NCBI GenBank assembly: GCA_045803545.1
Contig: JBJMOW010000005.1
Coordinates: 512,001 to 576,000, forward strand
Source of the DNA: Gemmatimonadaceae bacterium
Lineage (GTDB): Bacteria > Gemmatimonadota > Gemmatimonadetes > Gemmatimonadales > Gemmatimonadaceae
DNA length: 64,000 nt
Direction: 5' to 3'
Part shown: piece after piece, positions 1 through 12,800 of the stretch
Layout of the letters: every line of letters begins with the position of its first letter
Position numbering within the stretch: position 1 is the first letter of the stretch
Program-made: the position numbers and the translations under genes
Notes under the pieces: generated by a model
What the model was told of the DNA's origin: nothing
What the model saw: the letters and a program-made list of their open reading frames with translations, nothing else
Database searches by the model: none

Positions 1-308
1 CGAGCCGAGAAAGCGAAGTTCTTTCTTCAAGCCGGCCTTGTGCTGGTCGTTTGCCGCAACCTGCATTGTTGCCGACGTGCACCAAGGTGATGCGCATATG
101 CAACGGCGGAAACGTAACTGTCACGGGCAATCGGCGAAAGAACAAAGAAAGAGTTTCACCGTCGTCGTTGCTGAGGCGTTGCCCCCCCGGAACAGCCGTT
201 GCCTCGGAATGCAATCAAACTCGCGTTGACGCGGAGCTGGCTCCGGAGCAAACAAGCTTGCACTATTCTTGACTGGCTGTCGACTCAACCCGCTGTAGAG
301 AGACTATC

Positions 309-782
309 TTGGCATTCTGGACAAAGCCGCTGTTGCTCGTCGTCCCTGTCGTGACAGCTGCGTCTTCGCCGGCCGTCGAGGGCACTTATGTCGCTACGAC
401 ACTAAATGGGCGTGCGCTGCCAACGGACCTCCGAATCCCAGTACAGCAAGGAGACGTGCGCCTTTTTCGCCTGGAGCAAGGCATCCTGCGTCTCGACGGC
501 CACGGTAATTTTTTGCTGTATTTCCGATACTATCATCAGCTCGTGCGTCGAGGCGCCAAGCCGGTGGCGACTCCTGTAATGGCCGAGTCCGAGAAGGGCA
601 CGTATCGGAAGAACGGCAACAAGCTGATCCTGGTGCCGCAGCGAAAGAAAAACGGCAAGTCGCGACCGACGATTGCTGCGTCGGTGTCAGGAGAAGAAGT
701 TAGCGCTTTTTATGTGCTCGACGACGGGGTCACTCACCAACCGGTTGCCCTCGTACTTCGACGCGATCCTGCCTATTGGTAG
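309..782 (+). CDS. Hypothetical exported protein, possibly a beta-barrel/lipocalin-like fold
   Basis: 157-aa ORF (TTG start) with a hydrophobic N-terminal signal-like segment and the beta-rich motifs GTYVATTLNG and GTYRKNGNKLIL. Convergent with the giant gene. Confidence 0.6.
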   Translation: MAFWTKPLLLVVPVVTAASSPAVEGTYVATTLNGRALPTDLRIPVQQGDVRLFRLEQGILRLDGHGNFLLYFRYYHQLVRRGAKPVATPVMAESEKGTYRKNGNKLILVPQRKKNGKSRPTIAASVSGEEVSAFYVLDDGVTHQPVALVLRRDPAYW

Positions 783-847
783 GAATTATAAAAACTGGTC
801 ACGAGCTAGAGGACCTGTTACAAGCCCTGCATCTTTTCGCGCGTGGG

Positions 848-3800
848 CTAGTGCAGGAAGAGCACTGCCGGACCACTGAAGGGCGCGATCAGTTGTACGG
901 ATGGACCGCCCGCAATAGTTCCAGCCGGAGTCGCGACGCCCGTGGCGGGATTGAACCACTCCACGTTGAGCGTGCCGGTTAGTGCGGAAAGGTTGAGTGT
1001 CACCGCGCCTTCGCTATTGATATAGACGAGATACTGTTCGCCGGGCTTCGCCAACGCGTAGCCGGTCAACTCGGATAGAACCAGATCGCCGTGAGGTACC
1101 GCATTGGCCATGTCCATCCTCTGGGCGTAGCTCAATGTGTAGCCCATGTTCTTCCGAATGGCCTCCCAAACAGGATCGTTCACATCGTAGTCTTCCGCGC
1201 CGACGCCAATAGCTGCGCCGTCATAGCCGTCCATCAGGATCGGGTTGTGGCCCTTCACAAAACTCTTCCACACCCACTCGACATCTCCACAGACACCGCA
1301 GATGTGATCCGTATCCGTGACGAGCACTTTTGATCCATTCGCGGTTACGGGCGTGTGCAGGGTTCCGGCGATCGAGATCCAGTCGGCATCGCTGTTATAG
1401 AGATCCGTATCCGACCCGTTCGGCCACATCGCCGTCATGCCGACGGGGTGACGTTTTGCTTTTGTCGCTTCGTAGTCGCGGATCACCTGTATCATATGGT
1501 ATTGCCAGTCGCGGGATGACCCGTCGCTCTCGTTGCTGATCTCGTAGAGCACGTTGTCCAGATCACCGACTGCGTCGATGACTCTACGGACATAGGCTTC
1601 CTGCAGGGCGGTGACGGATGGAATAGTCAGCGTTTGACTTTCGAGTCCTGACCCGTCGCCATTCGTGTCACCGTCGATTCCGTTGATGTTGTTCGCTGAG
1701 TTGAATGGATGTCCATTCCATGGGTTGTTGGCGGTCGCCCCCGGCTTGGTCGTCACGCTCCAGCCGTTGAAGAGCATCACCGACACGTAGATTCCGCGCG
1801 ATCCTGCCTCGATGACGCGCTGACGCATCCTGTCGAAGTAGGCCTGATTGAACTGGCTAACGTCGAACTTAGGTTTGCCGTCGAGCGCTACCCCAGGACC
1901 GGTGCGCGCATACGCCGAAGGTGAGAACCAATAATCGTTGGCATACTCTGATGTCCACCTATCCTGTTCCCAAGCATAGAGCCGGAAGAAGTTGTGATTG
2001 CGCTGCGTCAGAAAATCGAGATAGGCTGTGTAGTTGAACGCGGCCGGCGGATCGACCGTGCCATTGTCGCGCAGCGTACTCCAGGTGTGCGAACCTGTCA
2101 GGTAAATGATCTGACCTGTTGCATTTTCGAAGTACCGAGGATTGCGCGTGCTTCGGTGAAGCAGAGTCGCCGTTGTCGTCGCAGCAGTGACTGTGACGAT
2201 AGACGTTCCTGTCTTTGTCTCACTCGTAGCAGTGATCGTCGCTGCTCCGGCTGCCACCGCCGTGACGAGCCCGGTCCCCGAAACGGTCGCTGCAGCGGTA
2301 TTATCGGAGCTCCACGTAACTACGCGGCCAGTGAGAACTCTGCCCTGAGCATCTTTGAGCGTGATTGTGAGTTGCTCTGTTGCACCGACGAGGATGCTCG
2401 GCGCCGAAGGACTGACTGTTACCGTTGCCACCGGCGCCTGGGTGACCGTGAGGGTTGCGCTTCCCGTTTGTCCTTCACTGGTCGCAGTGATGTGAGCCGT
2501 GCCTTCAGCGACCGCAGTCACGATACCGGTCGAGGAAACTGTAGCGATAGCGTGGTCGTCACTCGCCCATACAATCGTTCGGCCGGTAAGGACGCGGTTT
2601 CTGCTGTCTTTCAGCTCCGCAGTAGCCTGTGTCGAAGCGACGGCGGTGATCGAGCCTTGAGCTATCGTCACTGTCACCGAAGCTACGGGCGCCGCTGTCA
2701 CGGTGAGTATCGACGAGCCCGTCTGGCCCTCACTGGTTGCTGTGATGTGAGCCGTGCCTACGGCTTCAGCGGTAACGATTCCGGTGTTAGACACAGTGGC
2801 CACGCCTTCGTTGTCAGAAGACCAAACGACGGATCGACCCGTTAGCGTGCCACCCGTTGCATCCAGAGTCGTCGCGGTTGCTTGAGTTGTTCCAACGGCG
2901 CTGATCGACCCCTGCGCGAGTGAAACTGTGACTGAAGCAACCGGTACCTGAGTTACTGTAATCGATGAAGTCCCACTTACTCCCTCACTCGTTGCGGTAA
3001 TGGTCGCAGTGCCGGCTGTGTGCGCTGTAACGAGGCCGTTGGCATCCACCGTTGCCGAGGCATCGTTATTCGATGTCCAAACGACTGTTCTGCCAGTCAA
3101 TGGCCTGACCTGAGCGTCGGTGAGAGCGGTGGTGAGCTGCTGCGTTGCTCCTTCAACAAGATTGGCGCTCGCCGGGCTGACAACGACCGAAGCCACTGGA
3201 GCATCGGTGACAGTGAGCGTTGCGCTTCCAGTCTGTCCCTCGCTCGTCGCTGTGATGTGAGCTGTTCCCGTTGCAACGGCCGTGACTGCGCCCGCAGAGG
3301 AGACCGTCGCAGCTGCGGTATTGTCCGAGGTCCAAACGATCGAACGACCACTCAGCGTACGGCCCTTACTGTCTTGCAGGGTTGCAGTTGCCTGCGTTGT
3401 CCCGACTGCCGTAATCGAACTCGCCGCCAGTGAAACACTCACCGTTGCAACCGGCGCTTGAGTGACCGTGAGTGTTGCGCTGCCAGTCTTTCCTTCGCTC
3501 ATCGCGTTGATGTTTGCAGTTCCCACGGCGACCGCGGTCACGAGGCCGGTGTTAGCGTCGACAGTTGCAATGGCCAAGTTGTCAGAGCTCCACGTTACAG
3601 CGCGCCCAGTGAGATTGTTGCCATTAGCATCAAGCGTCGTTGCGTTTGCTTGCGAGGTACCCACGGCCGTAATGCTCATCGGGTTGAGCGCAACGTTCAC
3701 CGTCGCAACGGGGGCAAGGGTTACAGTGATCGCGGATGTTCCGCTCTGACCCTCGCTGGCGGCGGCGATAGTTGCCCCGCCTGCGGCTACGGCAGTCACC

Positions 3801-6800
3801 AATCCATCTGCGCCAACTGTCGCCACTGAGTTATTGCTGGAGCTCCAAGTGACTGTGCGACCGGTCAACACATTTCCGTTTGCATCTTTCGTGACGGCCG
3901 CGAGTTGTTGCGTCGGCGTAATACCGAGTACGAGACCCGCCGACGCAGGTGTCACGGTGACCGTTGCAACTGGAATCGGGTTGACGGTGATCGACGGCGT
4001 TGTCGCCGCTGGAGCTGTCTCACTCGTTGCAGTAATAGCGGCGGTACCAACACCGAGCGCCGTCACAGTAATTGTTGCGCCCGTTGAACTGCTTAGCGAG
4101 CTTGCCGCGCTCACGGTTAGAACTGCGCTATTGCTCGAGATCCAGTTAACGGTACGCCCGGGCAGAACATTGCCGTTCGCATCTTTGGGAGTCGCGATCA
4201 ACACCTGAGTGCTACCGACAGTCATCGGTGTACTTGCCGATGACAGCGTAACCGTCGTTACCGGTGCAACGGAGACGGTGATCGACGATGTGCCAGTTTT
4301 CGTCTCACTGGTCGCAGTGATAGTTGCAGTGCCAGCGGCCTGCGCTGCTACCAGTCCGTTGCCACCGACCGTCGCGACCGCGGTGTTGCTAGACGCCCAC
4401 GTCACGACCCGACCACTGAGCGTGTTTCCGTTGGTATCCTTAGTCACCGCCGTCAGTTGCTGAGTGGGTGTAATACCAAGCACCAAGCTCGCTGACGATG
4501 GCGTCACTGTTACTGTCGCCACTGGCGCGGGAGTGACAGTGATGGTCGCGCTGCCAGTTTGTCCCTCGCTGGTCCCTGTGATGCTCGCTGTACCGACTGC
4601 GCCAGCTGTTACAAAACCAGTGCTCGCATTAACGGTTACAACTGCAGTATTGCTCGAGCTCCAGGTGACAGCGCGCCCGGTCAGGACATTGCCGTTTGCA
4701 TCGCGGGTAGTAGCTGTGGCTTGAGAAGTTCCAACGGCAGTGATGCTCGCGGGATTCAACGCAACGGTTACGGTCGCAACCGGTGCGAGGTTAACAGTGA
4801 TCGAGCTTGTCCCGGTCTTACCCTCGCTAGTCGCTGTTACCGTCGCACTTCCAGCGCTGACAGCTGTAACCAAGCCATTCGCATCGACAGTAGCGACGGC
4901 AGTGTTGTTCGAGCTCCAGCTGACGACGCGACCAGTGAGAGTGTTCCCATTGGCATCTTGGGTAACTGCGGTCAGCTGCTGTGTCGGACTAATTCCGAGC
5001 ACCAAAGTGGCGCTGCTCGGCGTGGTTGTAACGGTGGCAACGGGAATCGGGTTGACCGTGATTGTTGGCGTCGTGGCTGCAGGTGCACTCTCACTGGTGG
5101 CAGTGATCGTGGCGGCGCCGACCCCGACAGATGTGACCGTAATAGTTGCTCCCGTTGCGCTACTTACGGAGCTCGCATTACTCACGGTGAGTACTGCAGG
5201 ATTGCTTGAGACCCAAGCCACTGTACGACCGGAAAGTGTATTGCCGTTTGCGTCCTTAGGCGTTGCCGTCAAAGTCTGAGTCGCGCTGACGATCATCGGC
5301 GTCGTCGGCGGGGAGAGCACGACAGTTGCTACTGGGGCTGGATTGACGGTGATCGAGCTCGTGCCCGTTTTCGTCTCACTGGTCGCCGTTATCGTGGTAG
5401 TTCCAGCGCTAACCGCGGTTACCAATCCATTCGCATCGACAGTAGCCACTGCGGTGTTACCGGAGCTCCACGTCACAAGGCGACCGGTGAGCACCGTACC
5501 GTTCACATCCTTGGGCACCGCCGTCAGTTGCTGCGTCGGAGTAACCACGAGCTGGAGCGTCGCTGACGCAGGCGTCACCGTCACGGTTGCAACAGGTGCA
5601 GGCGTAACCGTTAGAGTCGCACTGCCCGCCTGGCTTTCGCTCGTTCCCGTGATGCTCGCAGTGCCAACTGCGACGGCGGTCACGAGGCCGGTGTTGGAAT
5701 TCACTGTCGCAACAGCGGGGTTACTGGAGTTCCAGGTGACGACGCGCCCTGTGAGAATGATGCCATTCGCGTCCCGCGTTGTCGCTGTCGCCTGTGAGGT
5801 TCCAACAGCAGTGATGCTCGTCGGATTCAGTGTGACGGCGACAGTCGCAACGGGTGCGAGCGAAACCGTAATGGAAGCAGTGCCAGCCCTTCCTTCGCTC
5901 GTCGCGGTAATTGTGGCGCTACCGGCAGTCTGAGCCGTAACTAGGCCATTTGCGTCGACAGTTGCGACCGCGGTGTTGTTCGAGCTCCACGTGACGACGC
6001 GGCCGGTGAGAGTATTTCCATTGGCGTCTTTAGTCACAGCCGTCAGTTGCTGCGTGGGCGCGATTCCGAGTACGAGGCTGGCCGACGCCGGCGTGACCGC
6101 GACCGTTGCCACTGGAATCGGGTTGACACTGATACTCGGCGTTGTCGCCGCGGGAGCACTCTCGCTCGTCGCAGTAATAGTTGCAACGCCGACGCCGAGC
6201 GCGGTGATGGTGATGGTTGCGCCGCTCGCCGTGCTCAGGGACGTCGGCGCGCTGACAGTGAGCATTGCCGGATTGCTCGATACCCAAGTGACTGTCCGAC
6301 CCGACAGCGCGCTCCCGTTTGCGTCCCTCGGTGTAGCAGTCAGAACCTGAGTTCCCCCAACGATCATTGGCGTCGTCGGTGACGAGAGCGTTACGGCCGC
6401 CACGGGAGTCGGATTAACCGTGATCGAACTTGTTCCGGTCTTCGTTTCACTCGTAGCGGTTATTGTCGCCGTACCGGCGCCGACTGCGGTGGCCAGGCCG
6501 TTTGCATCAACTTGGGCCACTGCTGTGTTGCTCGAGCTCCAGGTAACCAAGCGCCCAGTAAGCGTGTTGCCGTTCGCATCCTTGGTGACTGCCGTCAGTT
6601 GGTGTGTCGGAGTGACGAGGAGCTGAAGCACCGCCGAGGAAGGCGAGACTACAACGGACGCGACCGGCGCCGGTGTCACGGTTAGCGTCGCACTGCCGCT
6701 CTTTCCTTCACTCGTAGCAGTGATGCTCGCAGTGCCCAGAGCAACCGCCGTGACCATGCCGGTGTTAACGTCGACTGTTGCAACAGCTGTATTGCTGGAG

Positions 6801-9800
6801 CTCCAGGTAATCGCGCGGCCAGTCAACACATTGCCGTTTGCGTCCCGCGTCACCGCTGTCGCTTGAGATGTTCCAACCGCCGTTATGCTCATTGGATTCA
6901 GTGACACGTCTACAGTCGTAACAGGTGCAACTGTGACGGTGATCGCAGATGTTCCGCTCTGACCCTCGCTTGAAGCGGTGATTGTTGCAGCGCCTGCGGC
7001 TACAGCCGTGACTAATCCATTCGCGCCAACTGTCGCTATTGAGTTATCGCTAGAGCTCCAGCTGACTGTGCGACCCGCCAGTACATTGCCGTTTGCGTCC
7101 TTGGCGACCGCTGCCAGCTGCTGCGTGGGTGTAATGCCGAGCACAAGGTTCGCTGATGACGGCGTTACTGTCACCGTCGCCACTGGCGCGAGGTTTACTG
7201 TGATCGTGCTCGTCCCAGTCTTGCCCTCGCTCGTGGCCGTTATGGTCGCACCGCCTGCACTCACCGCGGTCACGAGACCAGTATTTGGGTCGACTGTAGC
7301 GACAGCATTGTTGTTCGAGCTCCAAGTGACCACACGACCGGTCAAAGTGTTGCCGTTCGCATCCTTGGTGGCTGCTGTCAGTTGCTGTGTCGGAGTGATT
7401 CCGAGTACCAAAGTCGTGCTGCTCGGGGTAACTGTGACACCCGCAACCGAAGCCGCGGTGACGGTAAGAACCGCGCTGTCAGTCTCCCCTTCACTCGTCG
7501 CAGTGATGTTGGCTGTGCCTGGTGCAATGGCTGTCACGAGACCGGTGTTAGGGTCGACCGTTGCAATTGCTGTGTTGCTCGAGCTCCAGATTACGACGCG
7601 TCCAGTAAGTGGACGTCCCCTAGCGTCGAGCAGCATCGCCGTTGCCTGCGTCGTCTCAGTGGCGTTGATCGAGCTCGACGCCAGAGAAACTGTGACGGTT
7701 GCGACAGGAGCTTCCGTGACAGTGAGCGTCGCATTACCAGTCTTACCTTCGCTTGTTGCAGTCAGGGTGGTAGTACCAGGTGCGACTGCGGTCACCAGAC
7801 CACTATTGGGGTTAACCGTTGCGACGGCAGTATTGCTTGAAGTCCACGACACCACCCGTCCTGTCAGTGCGTTTCCGTTGCCATCGAATGTGCTCGCCGT
7901 TGCTTGCGACGTCTGTACTGCATTGATACTTGTCGGGTTCAGTGTAACTGTGACGGTTGCGACTGGCGCGAGAGCAACATTAATAGATGAGGTGCCTGAC
8001 TGACCTTCGCTGGTCGCCGTTATTGTTGCACTACCGGCGGCTACAGCACTGGCGAGCCCGCTGGCGTCGACATTGACGAAGTTCGTGTTGCTCGAACTCC
8101 AAGTGACCACGCGGCCGGTCAATACATTCCCCTGTGCGTCCTTGGTGACGGCGGTGAGTTGTTGCGTGGGCGTAATGCCCAACACGAGGTTCGCCGAAGG
8201 CGGCGTAAGGGTGACGCTGGCTACCGGCGCCGGTGTCACGGTCAGCGTCGCACTGTCGCTCTTTCCTTCACTCGTAGCAGTGATGCTCGCCGTGCCCGGA
8301 GCAACCGGTGCAATAAGACCCGTGATCGCGTCAACTGTCGCGACAGCGGTGTTAGTGGAACTCCACGTCACGACCCTGCCGGTCAAAACGTTGTTGTTAG
8401 CGTCAAGCGTTGTCGCCGTCGCCTGTGACGATCCGACTGCCGTAATGCTCGTCGGACTCAGCGCGACGGTCACTGTTGCGACGGGCGCAACCGACACAGT
8501 GATTGCAGATGTCCCGCTCTGCCCTTCACTCACGGCGGTGATTATGGCCGAGCCAGCAGCGACTCCCGTTACCAATCCATTCGCACTGACGCTCGCGGCA
8601 GCGGTATTGTTCGAGCTCCAGTTGACCGTTCGTCCGTTAAGGACGTTGCCGTTGGCATCTTTCGTTACAGCACTAAGCTGTTGAGTGGGTGTTATACCGA
8701 GGACCAGACTGGCCGATGGCGGCGTAACTGTGACTGTAGCAACGGGAACCGGGTTGACGGTGATCGAAGGTGTCGTTGCCGCCGGAGCAGCTTCGCTGTT
8801 GGCAGTGATCGTAGCTGTTCCGACCGCAGCTGCCGTCACGGTGATCGTCGCGCCACTTCCAGTGCTTACTGAGGCAGCAGCACTGACCGACAACACGGCT
8901 GGATTGCTTGAGACCCAGTTCACGGTCCGGCCAGACAAGATGTTGTTGTTCGCATCCTTCGGGACGGCTGTCAGCACTTGAGAACTTCCGACAATCATCG
9001 GAGTTGCCGGCGCAAAAAGCGTTAGCGTTGCGACCGGCGGAACGCTAACCGTGACCGATGATGTGCCGCTTTGAGCCTCGCTGGTGGCGGTAACCGTTGC
9101 AGAACCAGCGGCAACGCCGGTTACCAATCCACTAGTGTTGACCGTCGCAATCGCGGGGTTGCTCGAACTCCAAGTCACTGTGCGAGCGGGCAAGACGTTG
9201 CCGTTCGCGTCCTTCGTAACTGCCGAGAGTTGTTGTGTCGGAGTGATGCTCAATACCAGAGTCGTAGTCGCAGGCGTGACAGTGACCGTCGCAACTGGAA
9301 TCGGGTCGACGGCGATGCTCGGCGTTGTCGCCGCCGGTGCGGTCTCACTCGTGGCGGTGATCGTCGCCGTGCCGATACCAACTGCCGTAACAGTGATCGT
9401 CGCTCCGGTCGACGTACTAACCGAGGACGGTGCGCTCACGGAGAGCACCGCCGGATTACTTGAAATCCAGTTTACAGCGCGGCCAGAAAGGGCGTTCCCG
9501 TTTGCATCCTTGGGCGCGGCGGTCAGCACCTGAGTGTTGCCAAGGATCATTGGGGTCATTGGCGCCGACAGCGAAACAGTCGCGACCGGCGCCGCGTTGA
9601 CGGTTATCGAGCTCGTCCCGGTCTTTGTCTCACTCGTCGCAGTAATGGTCGCCGCGCCCACACCGACCGCGTTTACCAATCCGTTCGCATCGACAGTCGC
9701 GACGGCCGTATTGCTCGATCTCCAACTCGCTGCGCGACCAGCGAGAATGTTGCCATTGGCATCCTTTGTTACCGCGGTGAGCTGTTGTGTCGGTGTTGCG

Positions 9801-12800
9801 ACGAGCTGAAGTGTCGCCGAAGGCGGACTAACCGTAACGGTTGCCACGGGTGCCGGTGTAACTGTCAGCGTTGCACTGCCAATCGTTCCTTCGCTGGTAG
9901 CAGTGATGCTTGCAGTACCTGAAGCGACTGCGGTCACCCACCCTGTATTCGCGTCGACAGTGGCAACGACGGCATTGCTCGAACTCCAGGTTACCAGCCT
10001 ACCGCTCAGCGTGTGGCCGTTGGCATCAAGGGTTGTCGCGTTCGCTTGCGAGGTTCCAACTGCACTGATACTCGTCGGATTGAGAGACACCGTGACCGTT
10101 GCTACCGGCGCCAGGGAAACGGTTATCGACGAAGTGCCGCTCTTTCCTTCGCTTGTGGCACTAATTGTTGCAGAACCGGCGCCGAGAGGGGTGACAAGGC
10201 CATTGACGTCTACAGTTGCAACTCCAGTATTACTCGAGTTCCACGTAATAATTCGACCGCTTAGAGTGCCCCCGTTTGCATCGGCGGTAATAGCCGTCAA
10301 TTGTTCTTCAGCCGAGATCCCGAGAACGAGACTCGCAGATGGCGGCGTGACGGTCACGGTCGCGACAGGCGGAGGCGTCACAGTTAGCGTGGCGCTTCTG
10401 CTCACTACTTCGCTAGTCGCACTGATGGTCGCAGTGCCGGTTGCATGCGCGGTCACCAGACCATTTGCATCGGCGGTCGCGACCGTTGCGTCGCTAGTGC
10501 TCCACGTTACGACGCGTCCAGTCAGCGTACGTCCCCTCGCGTCGAGCAGCGTTGCGGTTGCTTGGGTGGTCTGCACGGCGTTGATCGAGCTCGAAGCAAG
10601 ACTGACAGAGACACTCGCGACTGGCGCCGCGGTGACGGTTAGGGTGGCCGAGCCGATTTTCCCTTCGCTCGTCGCCGTGACGTGAGCGGTGCCTTCACTT
10701 TCCGCGGTCACAACGCCAGTGCCAGACACTGTTGCAACGGAAGTATTGTCTGATGCCCAGCTCACCGATCTTCCGGTCAGCGTACCGCTGTTAGCATCGA
10801 ACGTGGTGGCACTGGCTTGAGTTGTCCCGACCGCCGTGATCGAGCTTTGAGCGAGCGAAACGGTAACTGACGCCACTGAAACCGGAACAACAGTAATCGT
10901 CGCGCCGGCACTCTTTCCTTCGCTTGTCCCAGTGATGGTCGCAGTACCGACTGCGTGACCACTCACTACCCCGTTCGCATCGACTGTCGCAACGGCGTCG
11001 TTATTGGAAGACCAAGTGACGTCTCTTCCTGACAGCTCGTTGTTATTCGCATCGCGCAGAACCGCGCTCGCAGTAGTCGTTTGACCCACTTCGATCGAGG
11101 AGGCCGTCAGCGAGATCGCGACAGATGCAACGGGGGCGAGCGTGACGGTGATCGAGGCAGTGCCGCTAATGCCTTCACTCGTAGCTGTAATTATCGCTGA
11201 ACCAGCAGCGTGAGCCGTGACGAGTCCGCTTGCATCGACTGTGGCCACCGTAGCGGTGTTCGAAGACCAGGTGACAGTACGCCCCGTGACTACTCTGTTC
11301 TGCCCATCTTTCAGCGTTGCTGTCAGTGTCTGCGTGCTACCCTGCACTACTGTCGGCGATGCAGGGGTAACCGCCACCGCCGCTACCGGCGCATCTGTAA
11401 CAGTGAGCGCCATTGAGCCCGTTTGACCCTCGCTCGATGCGACGATGTGGGCCGTGCCCGAAGCGACAGCCGTGACCGCGCCCGTCGACGAAACTGTGGC
11501 GGTCGCATGGTTGTCAGAATTCCAGATGACCGTTCGTCCACTTAGGGTTCGCCCCTTGGCGTCTTTCAACTCCGCGCTCGCTTGCGTCGAACCGACTGCG
11601 GTGATCGAGCTTGCGGCCAGCGACACACTGACAGAAGCAACCGGCGCCTGCATTACCGACAGCGTCGCAGAGCCTGTCTTTCCTTCACTTGTGGCTGTGA
11701 TGCGCGCCGTGCCTTCAGATTCAGCGGTGATCACTCCCGTACCCGACACAGTGGCAACCGCTGTGTTGTCGGACGCCCAGATAACGGCCCGGCCGTTGAG
11801 CGCAGCGCCATTCGCGTCGAGCGTTGCTACTGTTGCTTGAGTCGTCCCAATCGCATTGATAGAGGTCTCTGCGAGCGAGACCGTAACCGAAGCTACTGGC
11901 GCCAGGCTGACGGTAATTGACGCGGCGCTGCCAACTCCTTCAGCCGTCGCGGTGATCGTCGCGGTCCCAGCTCCATGAGCGGTGACCAATCCGTTCGCAT
12001 CAACCGTTGCAACAGACGTGTTGCTCGACGTCCAGACGACAGTTCTCCCAGTTAGTGCACGATCCTCGGCGTCTTTGATAGTCGCAGTAAGCGGCTGCGT
12101 CGCTCCCTCGACAACGCTCGCCGATCCAGGTGTTACTGTTACGCTCGCGACTGGCGCGTCGGTAACCGTGAGCGCCGCACTTCCGGTTTGCCCTTCACTC
12201 GTCGCCGTGATGTGAGCCGTGCCAATCGCGACTGCTGTTACTGCCCCGGTAGATGAAACCGTGGCGACAGCGGTGTTGTCCGAGCTCCAGGCAGCAGTGC
12301 GTCCCGTGAGCGCGCGCCCCTTGGAGTCTTGGAACGTTGCGGTCGCTTGAGTGGTTCCGACTGCGCTAATCGAGCTTGCCGCGAGCGACACGCTCACAGT
12401 CGCCACCGGCGCTGCGGTCACAGCGATATTCGCGGAGCCGGTCTTGCCTTCGCTCGTCGCAGTGATGTGAGCGGTGCCTTCGGCAACCGCGGTCACCAAA
12501 CCGCTACTCGAGACGGTGGCGACCGATTCGTTGTCGGAAGCGAATGTCACCGCGCGTCCGGTCAGCGTTCCACCGTTCGCATCGAATACAGTGGCGGTAG
12601 CTTGCGTCGTTCCGACTGCCGTAATCGAGCCCGCGCTCAGTGCGAGTGTGACGCTCGCGACGGGTACTGGTACAACTGTAATTGTTGCGGTCGAACGCTG
12701 GCCTTCACTCGTTGCGCTGATTGTCGCCGATCCGGGCGCGAGGGCGGTCACCACTCCCGTGGTGCCATCAACTGTGGCGACTCCACCGTTATCCGATTGC

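Noticed and set aside
1..272. Short ORFs at the window start and a GGGCAATCGGCGAAAG segment resembling a GEMM riboswitch
   Set aside because: No recognisable protein, and no P2/P3 pairing or GACGCAAA motif. A minus-strand gene may begin near nt 66 but cannot be supported.
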